From Blastocladiella emersonii ATCC 22665 (lineage: Eukaryota; Fungi; Blastocladiomycota), in NCBI GenBank assembly GCA_025594325.1, contig JANHCV010000002.1:1984001-2048000 (forward strand): a stretch of 64,000 nt of DNA, given 5' to 3'. The translations under genes and the position numbers were made by a program. Positions 25,046 to 35,948 of this stretch are shown piece after piece. How positions within the stretch are numbered: position 1 is the first letter of the stretch; every line of letters starts with the position of its first letter. Below the pieces are notes generated by a model, which did not search any database, was not told the origin of the DNA, and saw only the letters and a program-made list of their open reading frames with translations.

Positions 25046-28000
25046 CTACCCATCCCGATCGAACCGCACCCACACCTCGACCTCGCGCGTCACTGGCACA
25101 AACCGCTCGGGGCTCACTGGCCACCCGACCGCGACCCGCACACACGACGCCGCCGTCCAGCACCGCGCGGGCACCCACACCTGGCCCGCCCACTCGGTCT
25201 CGGACACGCCTGCCACGCGCACGGGGAACGACTCGTACGCGCCGTCGGGCCACGTCACGCGGACCGCGAGCTCGCGAACATCCGGCCCCGCCGCGTCGTC
25301 GCTCGCCGAACCCGTCAGCCGTACGGGCAGACGAAGCGGGAACCGCGACAGCACGCGGTGCGGGTTCCCCGGCCCCGCTGCACGTGCGGCGCTGCCGGAA
25401 AGCGGGACCTCGAGCGACCAGAACCGCCGCGTCACGTACACGCGCGCCGGGTCCGGCTGCACGAGCGCGATTGCCGCGCGGACGCGTGCTGCGGGTGACG
25501 ACGCGGCGGGCGTGGCCCAGATCTGTTGCCACGCGGACGGCGGCTCGTCGGCGGCGACAGGCTCGGATTTGACGGCGGCGGCAGCGGCGACGGGGCCCAG
25601 CGCGGGCGATGTCGGCGCGCTCGTGACGCGGCGCCGTGAGCGGGAGCGGGAGCGCGACTGCGACCCGCGCCGCGTCTGGCTGCGCCGCCGGCGCACGTTG
25701 GTGATGTTCCCGTTGTTAGAGTCTGAGTCGGGACCCGTGGCGTCGTCGAGCTCGACCGAGTAACGGTGCGCGAGGATCAGCGCCAGGTCCGCGGTCTGCG
25801 CGGTGTCGCCGTCGGCGTGCGCGAGCAGGTACGCGGCCAGGTCGAGGAGAAGGCGGAGCAGGGCGGGGTGGGATTCGGGTGGACCGCTACACAAAATGAG
25901 GGTGAGTTGGGAGCTGCGAGGGAGGAATGCGGAGAAGAGCACGTACCACGCCTCCTTGAGCGCGCCGATCTCAGCCTCGACGCCCGCCATATCGACGCTG
26001 GCGGCGTCCTCGGCCGTCGCTACCTGGAGCACCTGCGCGAGGTACTGGCTGACGGTCGCCGCGACCGACGTATCCCCACCATCTTCCTCCTCTACAGCGC
26101 GTGGCGAACCACCGCGCATCTCGGTCCGCCCGCGCGCCACCGACACCGTCGGCCCGCCCACGAGCTCGCCGGGTCCCGGGTCGGGCACCGCGCCCGGGTA
26201 CGCGTGGTGGATGTACGCGATCTGGCGGCGCACGAACAGCGGCAGCGTCGCGTGCAGCGCGGGCCGCAGGCGCGCCGCGTTCCACACGAGCGCGACCTTC
26301 GCAATGTGCTGGATGTCCTGCACGCGGTTCTCGGAGCACACGAAGCGCGGGTCGAGCTTCATGATGTGATTGGTCTCGGTCGCTATATGGTCGCGGCGGA
26401 GAGTCAGTGTTGTCGTCGAGGAGCGAGCGGAGGGGAGAGTGAGGGCGTACCGACGAGGTCCGTGTTCTGCTCAGCGACGCGGCGGAGACACGTCAGGACA
26501 GCAACGTGGTCCTGCGGGAACTGGTCGAGGTTACGGCGCAGCGCACGCACCAGCGCGCTCAGCGCGAGCGGCGCGGCGCACACGATGTTCGCGAGGAACG
26601 CGTACAGGTCGTGCCGGATCGCGGGCGACGCGTCGTGGAAGATTTCGGACGCGTCCTCGAGGTCGTGGTGCGTGAGCGTGACGGGGCCCGCGCCCGCGAT
26701 CGTGTTGAGCACCTGCAGCGCGTGCGCGCGGATCGACGGCACCTCGTCGTTCGTCATGTCGATGAGAAAGTACACGGCCGACTCGGCGAACGCGCGGTGC
26801 GTCGCGCTCAGCGCCGCGATCGCGTCGAGCGCCGCACGGCGCACCTCGGCGTACTCATCCTCCATGGCGTGCACGAACGCGCCCGCGTACGGCTCCCACT
26901 CGGGCGATAGGTGCGCGTCGCGGCCGTCGCGGTGACGCGAGGATTTCGATGGGCGGTCCGAGGTCGAGGAGGAGGTACTGGCGAGCGCTTTCTTGGACAG
27001 CGTCTGCAGCAGGAGCGCCGGCGTGATGCGCTCGAACTGGCCGAGCTCGGTCGTTGCCTACGCGGAGAAGCGGTGTGAGAGCGGTTCGCGGAAGAGAGGG
27101 AAGCCGACGTTGCGTACCGCGCATCGAGTCGCGATGATCGGGTCGTAGACGAGCTCCGCGACACGCATGAACGCGTCGTCGGCCATGGTCGCGGCCGCCG
27201 CGCCCTGGGACGCGCTCGCTTGCGACGGCGCGAGATGGGCGGGATGAGAGGGGTACATGTTGGCCATGATTCTACCCGTGTGACCGATGTAAGCGTCGCC
27301 GAGTCGAAGCGGAAAGAAACAAGGCCGTACCGAGCGAGGTGCGCGGCGATCTGGCGGACACTCGGCGCGGGATCAGCGAGACGCGTCACGATCCATGGGT
27401 ATAGCGAAGGGTCGAGGCTGCGGATCCCGCGAATGTGGTGCAGGTTAAGCAGGGCCTGGAGCGCCGTCTACCAAGTGCCGTCGCAACGTGCGGAACGTAA
27501 GCCGCCGTCCGCCCAAAAGTCGGCACCGAAAAAGTGTGAAAGCCGTACCTCGCGAACAAGGTCGACGGGATGGTACACGTAGCACTTGGCGACGTGCTGG
27601 AGCGCCAGCGGCGCCGCGTACTCGGGCGCGAGTCCGCCGCCCACGCTCTTCACGAGAACAATGTCGTCGCTGGCGGCGGCAGCGGCGGCGGCAGCGGCGG
27701 CGGCGGCGTAGAGCGAGTTGGAATAGCTCACGTCGTCGGAATCGGACGCCGAGTTCACTGACAGCGCGACTAGCCGCTCACAAAGCTCGCGCGCCGAGGC
27801 CGCGCTCGCGAGCGAGACCTGAAGCCGGCGCACCTCGGCGCTCGCCTCGTCGCTCACCGCGTCGGCACCCACGACGGGCGAAAACGGCCACGTCGCGGTT
27901 ACCTGGGCCACGGGCGACCCGCTTCGCGAGGGGGCGGGCGGGGTGCCGGAAACACTGCGAGTCGACGCGCGCATCTCGGCGACGGCGCTGCCCGGCCGCG

Positions 28001-28703
28001 CGCGCTTCGAGTCGGGCAACGAGCCGGCGCTGTCGTTGCTCGAGGGCCGCTTGCGCGGCGCGGGTTTTTGCTGGTTTGAGCTATTTTGTCTCTGGTTTTG
28101 CTGTTGCTGAGGGGGCAGTTGTTGTTGCTGCGACTTGGACTGCGACTGCGATTGAGAGGGCCGCCGTTGAAGCTGTTGCTGCTGCTTGGGCTGCTGTCGC
28201 GGCTGCGCTTGTGCAGAAAGATCCGAAGGCCGCTGCCTTGGACTCTCACCGTCGCGCGCCGAGTGCGGCGGAGTGGCGATCGACGCCGAGCCGGGGCGAG
28301 AAGGAAGCGCGGCGGCCGATCGAGAAGCCGCATCAACGCCGGAAGCCGACCTTTGGCTCCGCTGCTGACCGCGTAGAGGCGGCTCAACGGTCGCGGTCGC
28401 GGCAACGGCGACAAGGCCGCCGCCGGCCGCGGGATCAGAAAGCAAGTCGACGCTGGCCCTCCGCACGCGGATGCCGGGGTGCTTCGCGGCAGCGGCGGCA
28501 GCGGAGGGAGCGGAAGCGGAAGGGTGGCCGGTGCTGAGCGAGCGGGCGGGCGGCGCCGGGGGCGACGGGCCCTTGCTGCCGGGCGCGGGCGCGGGCGGGC
28601 GCAACCTCGGATCCATGGGAGTGCGTGCGTCGGGAGCGGGTGGGTCGATACGTTGCAGCGAGTCGGGGGACGTGGTCATCATCGTGTGGAGGCCCTCGCC
28701 CAT
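25046..28703 (-). CDS. INTS4: Integrator complex subunit 4 homolog (HEAT repeats), ~1100 aa
   Basis: Six exons: 28703-27549, 27467-27331, 27271-27118, 27057-26451, 26382-25947, 25886-25046. All introns are GTACG..TAG and phases are consistent. Motifs LLQTLSKK and GAFVHAMEDEYAEVRRAALDAI..FLIDMTNDE. The start codon (28703, 28682 or 28679) is uncertain. Confidence 0.8.
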
Positions 28704-28983
28704 GGGATCGCCAAGGTTCGCGACCCGCGCCCGCCGCCACGCGCGCGACCGACCGGCGGCGCGGGAAGACGAGAGCGCGGCGCGCGGTCACCGTGAGACA
28801 CGTGTGCGCCGTCTTCGCGATATCGCGACTCGACGATGCGCGAGCGAACGATGCATCCGCCCTCTCCTTCGCTCGCCTGCAACGACGACGACGGCATCGA
28901 CCACGACCACGAAGCGGCGCACTCGCCCTCCCACTCTCCCCCGCACTCGCTGCATTCGCCTGAGACACGCCCTCCCGCCCGCC

Positions 28984-31060
28984 ATGGCCGACATGTATCC
29001 CGAGGACGACCTGTCCAACGCCATCCTCGCCATGGTCGACGGCGGCGGGTCGCCCGCGCGCGGCGCCGACGACGGGTACCGCGGCTCGGGGTCCTCGGGC
29101 CACCGCAAGGCCAGCCGCCGCGCGCACAGCGACGAGGACGACGACAACGACGACGACGACGCGGACGGCGCCGGCCACCGCAGCAGCCGGCGCGGCCGCG
29201 CATCGCGCCGCCACTACGACGACGATGACGACGACAGCGAGTCGGACCGCGGCGCGCCCCGCGGCGGCGGCGGCAACGAGGACGACGAGGTCGATACGTG
29301 GGGCCCGGACCTCATCGGCAACTCGCGCGACCGCGAGTGGCTCGAGTCGCTGCCGATGCTCGAGCGCGAGCGCATCCTGTCGGACCGCGCCGACAAGCGC
29401 CAGGCCGTCGAGGAGCGCCGCCAGCTGCAGAACAAGCTGCGCGAGCTGAACCGGCACTCTGGCGGCGACGCGGCGTCCGCCGGCAGTGGCAGCGACACGC
29501 GCCCCGACAAGAAGCGCCGCCTCGAGGCCCTCGTCGACAAGCGCGACGAGAAGCGGCGACGCAAGGGCGACGGCTCGGGCTCGTCCGACTCGCGCCGCCG
29601 CAAGCGCCAGTACGACGACGACTCGGACAGCGAGTACGACGACGGCCCGCGCGCCCGCAAGCCCGCCGCCAACGACGACTCGGACGACGACAACGGCGGC
29701 CGGTACGCGTGCGGCCGCGCGAGCTATGACTCGGACGACGAGCCCGACCGCCGCGACCGCCGCGCCGGGTCCGGTCGCCGCAGCCGCTCCCGCAGCCCCG
29801 AGTGGAGCCGCCGCCGCTCGCCGCCGCCCCGCAACCTCGACTCGAGCCCCGACACCCGCCGCCGTTCCCCCGCGCGCGCACCCGCGGTCCCCTTCACGCT
29901 CGCCGAGGCGCGCGGCATGCAGCTCACGCGGAATCACGTTGAGACGTGGTGCTACGCGACCTTCTTCGAGGAGCTCGCGCAAGGTACTCGTTCTCGCGCA
30001 TCCGCGTGGTGTTCGGATCCGCTGACACCTCGACTCCTGCGTGTAGACACGCTCGTCCGCGTCCGTGTCGGCGACCAGGGCGGCGTGCCCGTGTACCGCA
30101 TCGGACAAGTCGTGGGTACGGTGTACTCTTGATGACCCGCCGCACGAACGAATTCGGCTGACGCTCAACCGCGTGATCGCAGACGTGTCCAAGTACAAGC
30201 GCATCTACACGATCCAGAGCGTCAAGACCAACAAGGCCTTCAGCCTCAAGCACGGCCAGGCCGAGCGCACCTTCCTCGCCGACGTCTTCTCCAACCAGCC
30301 CTTCACCGAGGTATGCTCGCTCACTGTTTCGCCAGTCGACTGAGCTCTCCGCTCACGACCCATCACTCGACCGTAGAACGAGTTTGAGCGGTGGCGCCTG
30401 ACCTGCGAGAACGAGTCGACGCCCCTCCCAACACACGAGACCGCCGCGGCCAAGAAGAAGGCGATCGCGACCGCCACCGCGTACATCTTCAGCGACGCCG
30501 AGGTGCGCGCCATGCTCAAGGCCCGCTCCGAGGTTGGCGCCGCCCCGCGCAACGTCGTGAACGAGAAGGCCGAGTTGCTGCGCAAGCGCGACGCGGCCAT
30601 GAGCTCGGGCGACACCGAGGCGCTCGCCGAGATTGAGGCCAAGCTCGCGGCGCTCCAGGAGATGCTCGAGGCCCGTACCGCTGCTGCTGGCGCGGTCGGC
30701 GGAGCCGCCATGGCCAACAAGCGCAACGTCAAGGGCGCTGCGCGAGCGTACACGGGCGCGCCCATTATCAAGTTCGCGCCCGCCGCGGTCACGGCTGCGG
30801 CCATGCAGCGCAACACGGCGGCGAGTCTCGTCGCGCTTGGTCGCGTCGACACGTACGCTTTCTCAACGCGGTACTCGACTGCTGCATGAAACTGACCACA
30901 CCTCGCTGCACCGTGTAGCCTTCAGGACTCGCTCGCGCCCAACGCGTACCTCCCGTCGCAGTCCATCGACGCGGACGAACCGGCCGACACGGGCATGTCC
31001 GTGCACGACCTCTTCGCGTCTGGACCGAAGCTCGACATTGACATTGACATTGACATCTGA
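28984..31060 (+). CDS. RTF1: RNA polymerase-associated protein Rtf1 (Paf1 complex, Plus3 domain), 604 aa
   Basis: Exons 28984-29983, 30047-30115, 30183-30310, 30377-30852, 30919-31060 with consistent phases. DREWLESLPMLERERILSDR, VRVRVG..PVYRIGQV, KHGQAERTF..FSNQPFTENEF, C-terminal LDIDIDIDI. Confidence 0.9.
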
Positions 31061-31250
31061 GCCGTCGCGGCGGCTTACCGAACCCGTGCGAGTCTCCGCT
31101 GCGTGCTCGGAAGTAAACTTTTTCGTATCCCTTAAATGTATCTGGCACGCTTCCGATAGACCTTGCTCGAGTTGACCATCGGGGGAGGGGCGGGTTGAGC
31201 AACTGTGAGACGTCCTTCGCGTGAAGGATCGTGCGACTGGTCGACGGCGA

Positions 31251-32844
31251 TCATGTCGCACCTCGCGACGTTCACATCCACCTATGCCGTGATGCGCATC
31301 GCGACTCAGCAGAGGATGACGTCGCTCGAGCATCGCCGATGATCGCAGCGCGACCATCGCGCGGCGCGCATCGCCCCCGCCTCCCCCACCGCTTCACGTC
31401 GCTCACGCGTCGAAGACAACGGGTGGCTCTCTCTCGACTCGAGTCGGCTCGCCACGGCTGGGCGTAGCACTTGGCAAGGCCGCTGCGCCCGCTCGGCCAT
31501 GGATCCGCGACGCTGCGCCCCGGCTGGTCGGCGTGGCTCAGCTCGCGCAGCGCGCTGCGCCACCTCGCCGACCGCCCGCTTTTGCACTCCCCCCGCACCC
31601 GACTGCCTGTGCCCATGAGTGGCGCGGTGCGGCGCGGCCTTCCACGACGGTTCCACTGCGTCGCGCCGCCGCCATGAAACTGTTTCGCGCGCGTGGCTCT
31701 TGTCCTCAGTTTCAGCTAGTCGTTGCGACGCGATGCGGCTACGCTTGGGTCGTCGCCACGGCGACTGCGTGGGGCGCGGGCGTGCGCAGCGGTTGCTGAC
31801 GACCATGGTCGCGACGGGGGAGGACCGACGAGGAGTATAAGACGGGAGCGTGTCCCTGCCCATCCCTTCGTTCCGCTCATCACCCTCAACATCCTCCTTC
31901 TACACTCAAAGACCTCAAGCGAGCAGCGCTCCTTGTTCCATCAACCATCACCAAGACGCCGGCCGTCCCTGCACATACACACGCCCTCTCTCCACGACAA
32001 ATCAAGATGCAGACCTCGTCCTCGCTCGCCCTCCTCGTCTCGCTCATCGTCGCGCTGGCCGCGCTCTCGCCCGCCATCACCTCGGTCCACGCGCACGGCG
32101 CCATCGTCGGCGCCAAGGGCCTCAACAACATCCAGGGCAAGGCGATCGGCGTGCTCGACAACACGCCGCGCACGGGCACCCGCGCCAACCCGTTCCAGCG
32201 CGACTCGTCCATCATCCGTGACCGCGACATCCGGTCGGGCCGGTCGGGTCCGTGCGGCCGCACCATCGCCGGCGGCAACAACAACATCCAGCGCGGCATG
32301 GCCGCCATCAAGCAGCAGATGGGCGGCCTCCCCATGATCGCGCCCGGCCAGCCCCTGACGCTGACTGTGCACCAGGTCAACGCCGACGGCGCGGGGCCAT
32401 ACACGTGCGAGCTGTCGCAGTCGGCCTCGGGCCGCGACTTCCAGCGCATCCAGGTCACGCAGAACTTGCCGGGTCGCCGCGGGCTCAACGGCCGCACCAA
32501 CAAGACGCCGCAGCCGCTCACCGTCATGATCCCGCAGAACGCCCAGTGCACGGGCGGCGCTGACGGGAACGCGTGCATCGTCCGCTGCCGCAACCCCGCC
32601 GCGGCGGGGCCGTTTGGCGGGTGCGTGCCTGTCATGATGGAGCGCAACAACGGCAACGGGAACAACGACAACGGCAACGATAACGCGAACAACAACGGTA
32701 ACGCGAACGGCAACAACAACAACGCGGGCGATGCCAACAACGATGCGGGCGCTGCGCAGTAAGCGATCCTCTACCTGTCTTTGATGTTAGCGTGTGCCAT
32801 ACCATCATAATGTAATCCTAGCTTCATGTATCTACCCTTATCGT
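31251..32844 (+). repeat. Right arm of the ~1.6-kb inverted duplication (partner 18280-19880)
   Basis: Reverse complement of the left arm. Includes the promoter (TATAAG at 31836), 5' UTR, CDS and part of the 3' UTR. Confidence 0.95.
32007..32762 (+). CDS. Secreted Egh16-like (DUF3129) protein, 251 aa, copy 2 (protein identical to copy 1)
   Basis: Same translation as 18369..19124. Two synonymous differences seen in the last codons. Confidence 0.9.
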   Translation: MQTSSSLALLVSLIVALAALSPAITSVHAHGAIVGAKGLNNIQGKAIGVLDNTPRTGTRANPFQRDSSIIRDRDIRSGRSGPCGRTIAGGNNNIQRGMAAIKQQMGGLPMIAPGQPLTLTVHQVNADGAGPYTCELSQSASGRDFQRIQVTQNLPGRRGLNGRTNKTPQPLTVMIPQNAQCTGGADGNACIVRCRNPAAAGPFGGCVPVMMERNNGNGNNDNGNDNANNNGNANGNNNNAGDANNDAGAAQ

Positions 32845-33130
32845 TGTTGAGAAGACGGGAGGAAAGCGAGAGGGAGGTGATGGGCGGGGTCGCAGGTGAG
32901 CAACAAGCACCCCACACATCCGGTCCTCGCGACCAGTCACACTATCGAGATGTTGACATGACAAGGAAACAATTGCATGGAGTTTCATGTGGACTAGATC
33001 AAGACGTCGTGACGAGCGGGGGAAAAAGAGTCGGGGCAAGCTCGGCTGGCTGCACTTCCGAGCACTGTGAAATCGTGGCCGCCTCGCGGGCAGCTCTCTC
33101 TCCCCACACGCATGTATTCTCCACATCACC

Positions 33131-35597
33131 ACGAAATCGAATGAATTGCACACTGGGGCCGGTCCGGTACCGGAACGACCGCTGGCGGCAGCTGCTTCTA
33201 AGACCTTGGTTTTGGTGGACCTCACCAACGTCTCGCTCGTCTGGAACCCGCTCTGCTTGCGTTACCTTGCACCCAAGGATTGCGCTGCGCTGCGACCCGC
33301 TTCTCGAGCAATGCGTACCGCCATCGATTCCCTGCCGCTCAACAAGCTCTTCGCGTCCGGTGATGATCGCGCGCGCGCACTTTGCGGCTTCGCCTCGTCG
33401 GGTAACGTTCCCATGCTTCGCGCCGTTCTCACTCTCGTGTCATCGCCCGATATTCGCCCCGCTGGCGTCCCCGACTCTGTCCCGGCCTTGATCCACGCCG
33501 TGCGCGCCAATCAGCTCGAAGCGGCGCACGTTCTTGTCACAGCTGGCGCAAGTCCCGCTGCAGGCGGGGCGAAGAGCGCCAGGTCTGTTATCGACCCACG
33601 GGAGACTATCCCGCTGCAGCTCGCTGCGAGACGTGGTAAAGTTGCCATGCTGCGCGCCCTCATTAACGCCAGCCATGCCGACCAGGCCGCGGAACTCGCC
33701 AATCACGTGGCCGTCGAGCCCAAGACGGGATTGCGCCGCTCGCTTGCGCATTCGGCCATCGAGTCTCGTTCCGCTGAGCTTCTGCGCGTCCTAGTCAACG
33801 AGTTGGGCGCGTGCTTACTTCCAGCCGATCCGGCGAAACATGCGTCGGCGGCCGCTGTCCTCATCGCCCTCGCAGTCAAACACGACGCACCCGCCATGCT
33901 CGACCTACTTCTCACGGATTACAAGCTGCCAACGACGGCTATTCAGCTCCCTCAATTGTACCGCAATGCTTGGTTCGACGAACTTGACCTCCTTCCTCTC
34001 GCCGTTCAACATGGCAACCTCTACGTCGTTCGTCGCCTGCTGGCTGCAGGTATCCCGCTGACACGCTCGTCCGACGGTTTACCTATCCGAGGCGTAACCA
34101 CTGCGCTCGATATCGCCGTTCACATGGACCGTGTCGACCTCGCGCGCGCGCTCATCGAAGCTTTTCGCTCGTGCAATCTTGCTCTCGGTCACGAGTGCTC
34201 GCACTTTCGCAAATTGAAAGCCAAGGACGGCAGCTGCATGTCCCAGCCCTACCTCCATTGTGCCATCGAACACGGCTCGCTCGAATTAGCCCGTACGCTT
34301 ATCAGCTTTGGCGCACCGCTCTCAATGTCTGGATTCACGCACGTGGCTGTGCCGGGCTGCCCAGTCTCCAACGACATGATGTCGTCCGCTGACGCGACCA
34401 ACGACGGCGCCTACTACTTGCTTTGCCGCGCTGCCTCGCGCAGTGACGAGTTTGTTTCTCTCGTTATTGGTGCGCTTTGGGCTCGGTGCGGACCCTCCGT
34501 ACCAATCCCATGGAACGCGTCGCCCTACTTTTCGAGTATCCTGCGCGACCATCTCCGCAACCATACGCCGCTTCACTCTTTGCTTGGCCGCCGCGCTGAC
34601 TTGGTTGACGGCTGGGATCCGCTGCTTGACGAGATGCTGGCCGGCGGCGCTCGCTCCGACTCTCGCGATCTGGACGGGTTGTACCCGCATGATGTTGCCG
34701 TGAAAACCGTCGGCATCGATCATCCTTGGATTGTCGATCTTGTCACTCGTGGCATGCGTGCTTCTTTTTCGACTATAACCGCTCTCATCGCGCTGGCCGG
34801 GATCAAAGGCGATACGGCGCGGCTCGCTGCCCTGCTCCCGCACGTCACTGCTGCGATCAAGGTTGATCAGTTGGCGGGGCACGGCGGCACGCCCATGGAC
34901 GTTCCGCTCAATGTACGTTTGCTTAGGGTTAATGTTGGCATGGGTCCAGGTCACTGACGTGCGAGAGTAGTTTGCATCTGGCGTGCGGCGCGGCAGACCC
35001 GAACTCAAGTACCCGATTCTTGGCACTCGACTTGGCGCTCCTTCCGAGTCGCAGGCGCCCACAGACCTTGCCGACCATGACGGCGATGTGGATCTCACTA
35101 ACCCCGCATTCGCGCTGCTTGCCACTCCGCTGTTCCGCGCCGTCGCGCGCCGCAAGTACACGGTCGTACGTCTTCTACTTCGCCATGGCGCGCGACCGAA
35201 CGTCGGGCTTGACCATGCTTCGTACGACACGCTTCATCGTACGTTCACTCAGCGGTCGCCGATTGCTCAGGCGATCCTGACCGGCGACCTGGCCATGTTC
35301 GCGCTGCTCCTTGAAAACGGCGCAAGACTGTGGCTCGGCGAACACGACATGCGTTGGTGTGACAATCCAGCGGAGGGTCGCTATTGCTCTCAATTCCGCC
35401 CAGCTGCCGCTAAATCGGAGCCGCGCAAGTGCCGAATCACACCCCTCCACCTCGCCGTGTACCTGCGCTGGATATTGCAGGAGCGCGCTGCAGCGTCAAG
35501 TGGTGACGTCGGCATCCCGCCCAACCTCAAGCCTGACACGCTTGGTTTGCCGCAGTTGGCGGCACTCAGCCTGGACTCTCCTCTGAAAGCAGCATAG
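33131..35597 (+). CDS. F-box-like/ankyrin family copy D: open frame, no ATG at the homologous start, shortened C-terminus
   Basis: ACG AAA TCG AAT GAA at 33131 aligns with ATG CAA TCG AAT GAA of paralogs. Exon to 34912, intron 34913-34970 (GTACGT..TAG), exon 34971-35597. Could be a pseudogene. Confidence 0.65.
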
Positions 35598-35948
35598 TAC
35601 TATGCCGACCATGTCGTTCTCCGCTCCGTTCAAGTGGTCATCATCAGGAGGCGCCACCGCAGGGCCGTTTGGTGGTCTGACCAACCCGTTCACCTTGGCG
35701 CAGAAGCAAAGCGAGTGACGACTTGAGCAGGAAAGCATCAATAACGACGAAACACATGTTTCCTTTCTATCGCAAGCTCTTCAGTGGAGCGGAAGCGGAG
35801 CGATCATTCGCGGTCGCAGTCGATGAACGACGCGTCCTGAAGCGCCGCCACGTGAAACGCCACCGAGTCACTCGCTCGTCCCCACGCCACCGCTCACCGC
35901 CGCCGCTACGGTTCCCTTCGCCCCTCCCCTCCTTCAACAGTCGACCCC

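Noticed and set aside
21324-30204. Long antisense or alternate-frame ORFs (e.g. 21324..23054 +, 28435..30204 -, 24029..25015 -)
   Set aside because: Shadows of real genes caused by extreme GC3 bias; the translations are Arg/Ala/Gly-rich with no motifs.
18280-32844. Inverted repeats as TIRs of a giant composite transposon or Starship-like element
   Set aside because: The repeats are a host gene with its promoter, the edges are ragged, no TSD was found, and there is no transposase or tyrosine recombinase in the block.
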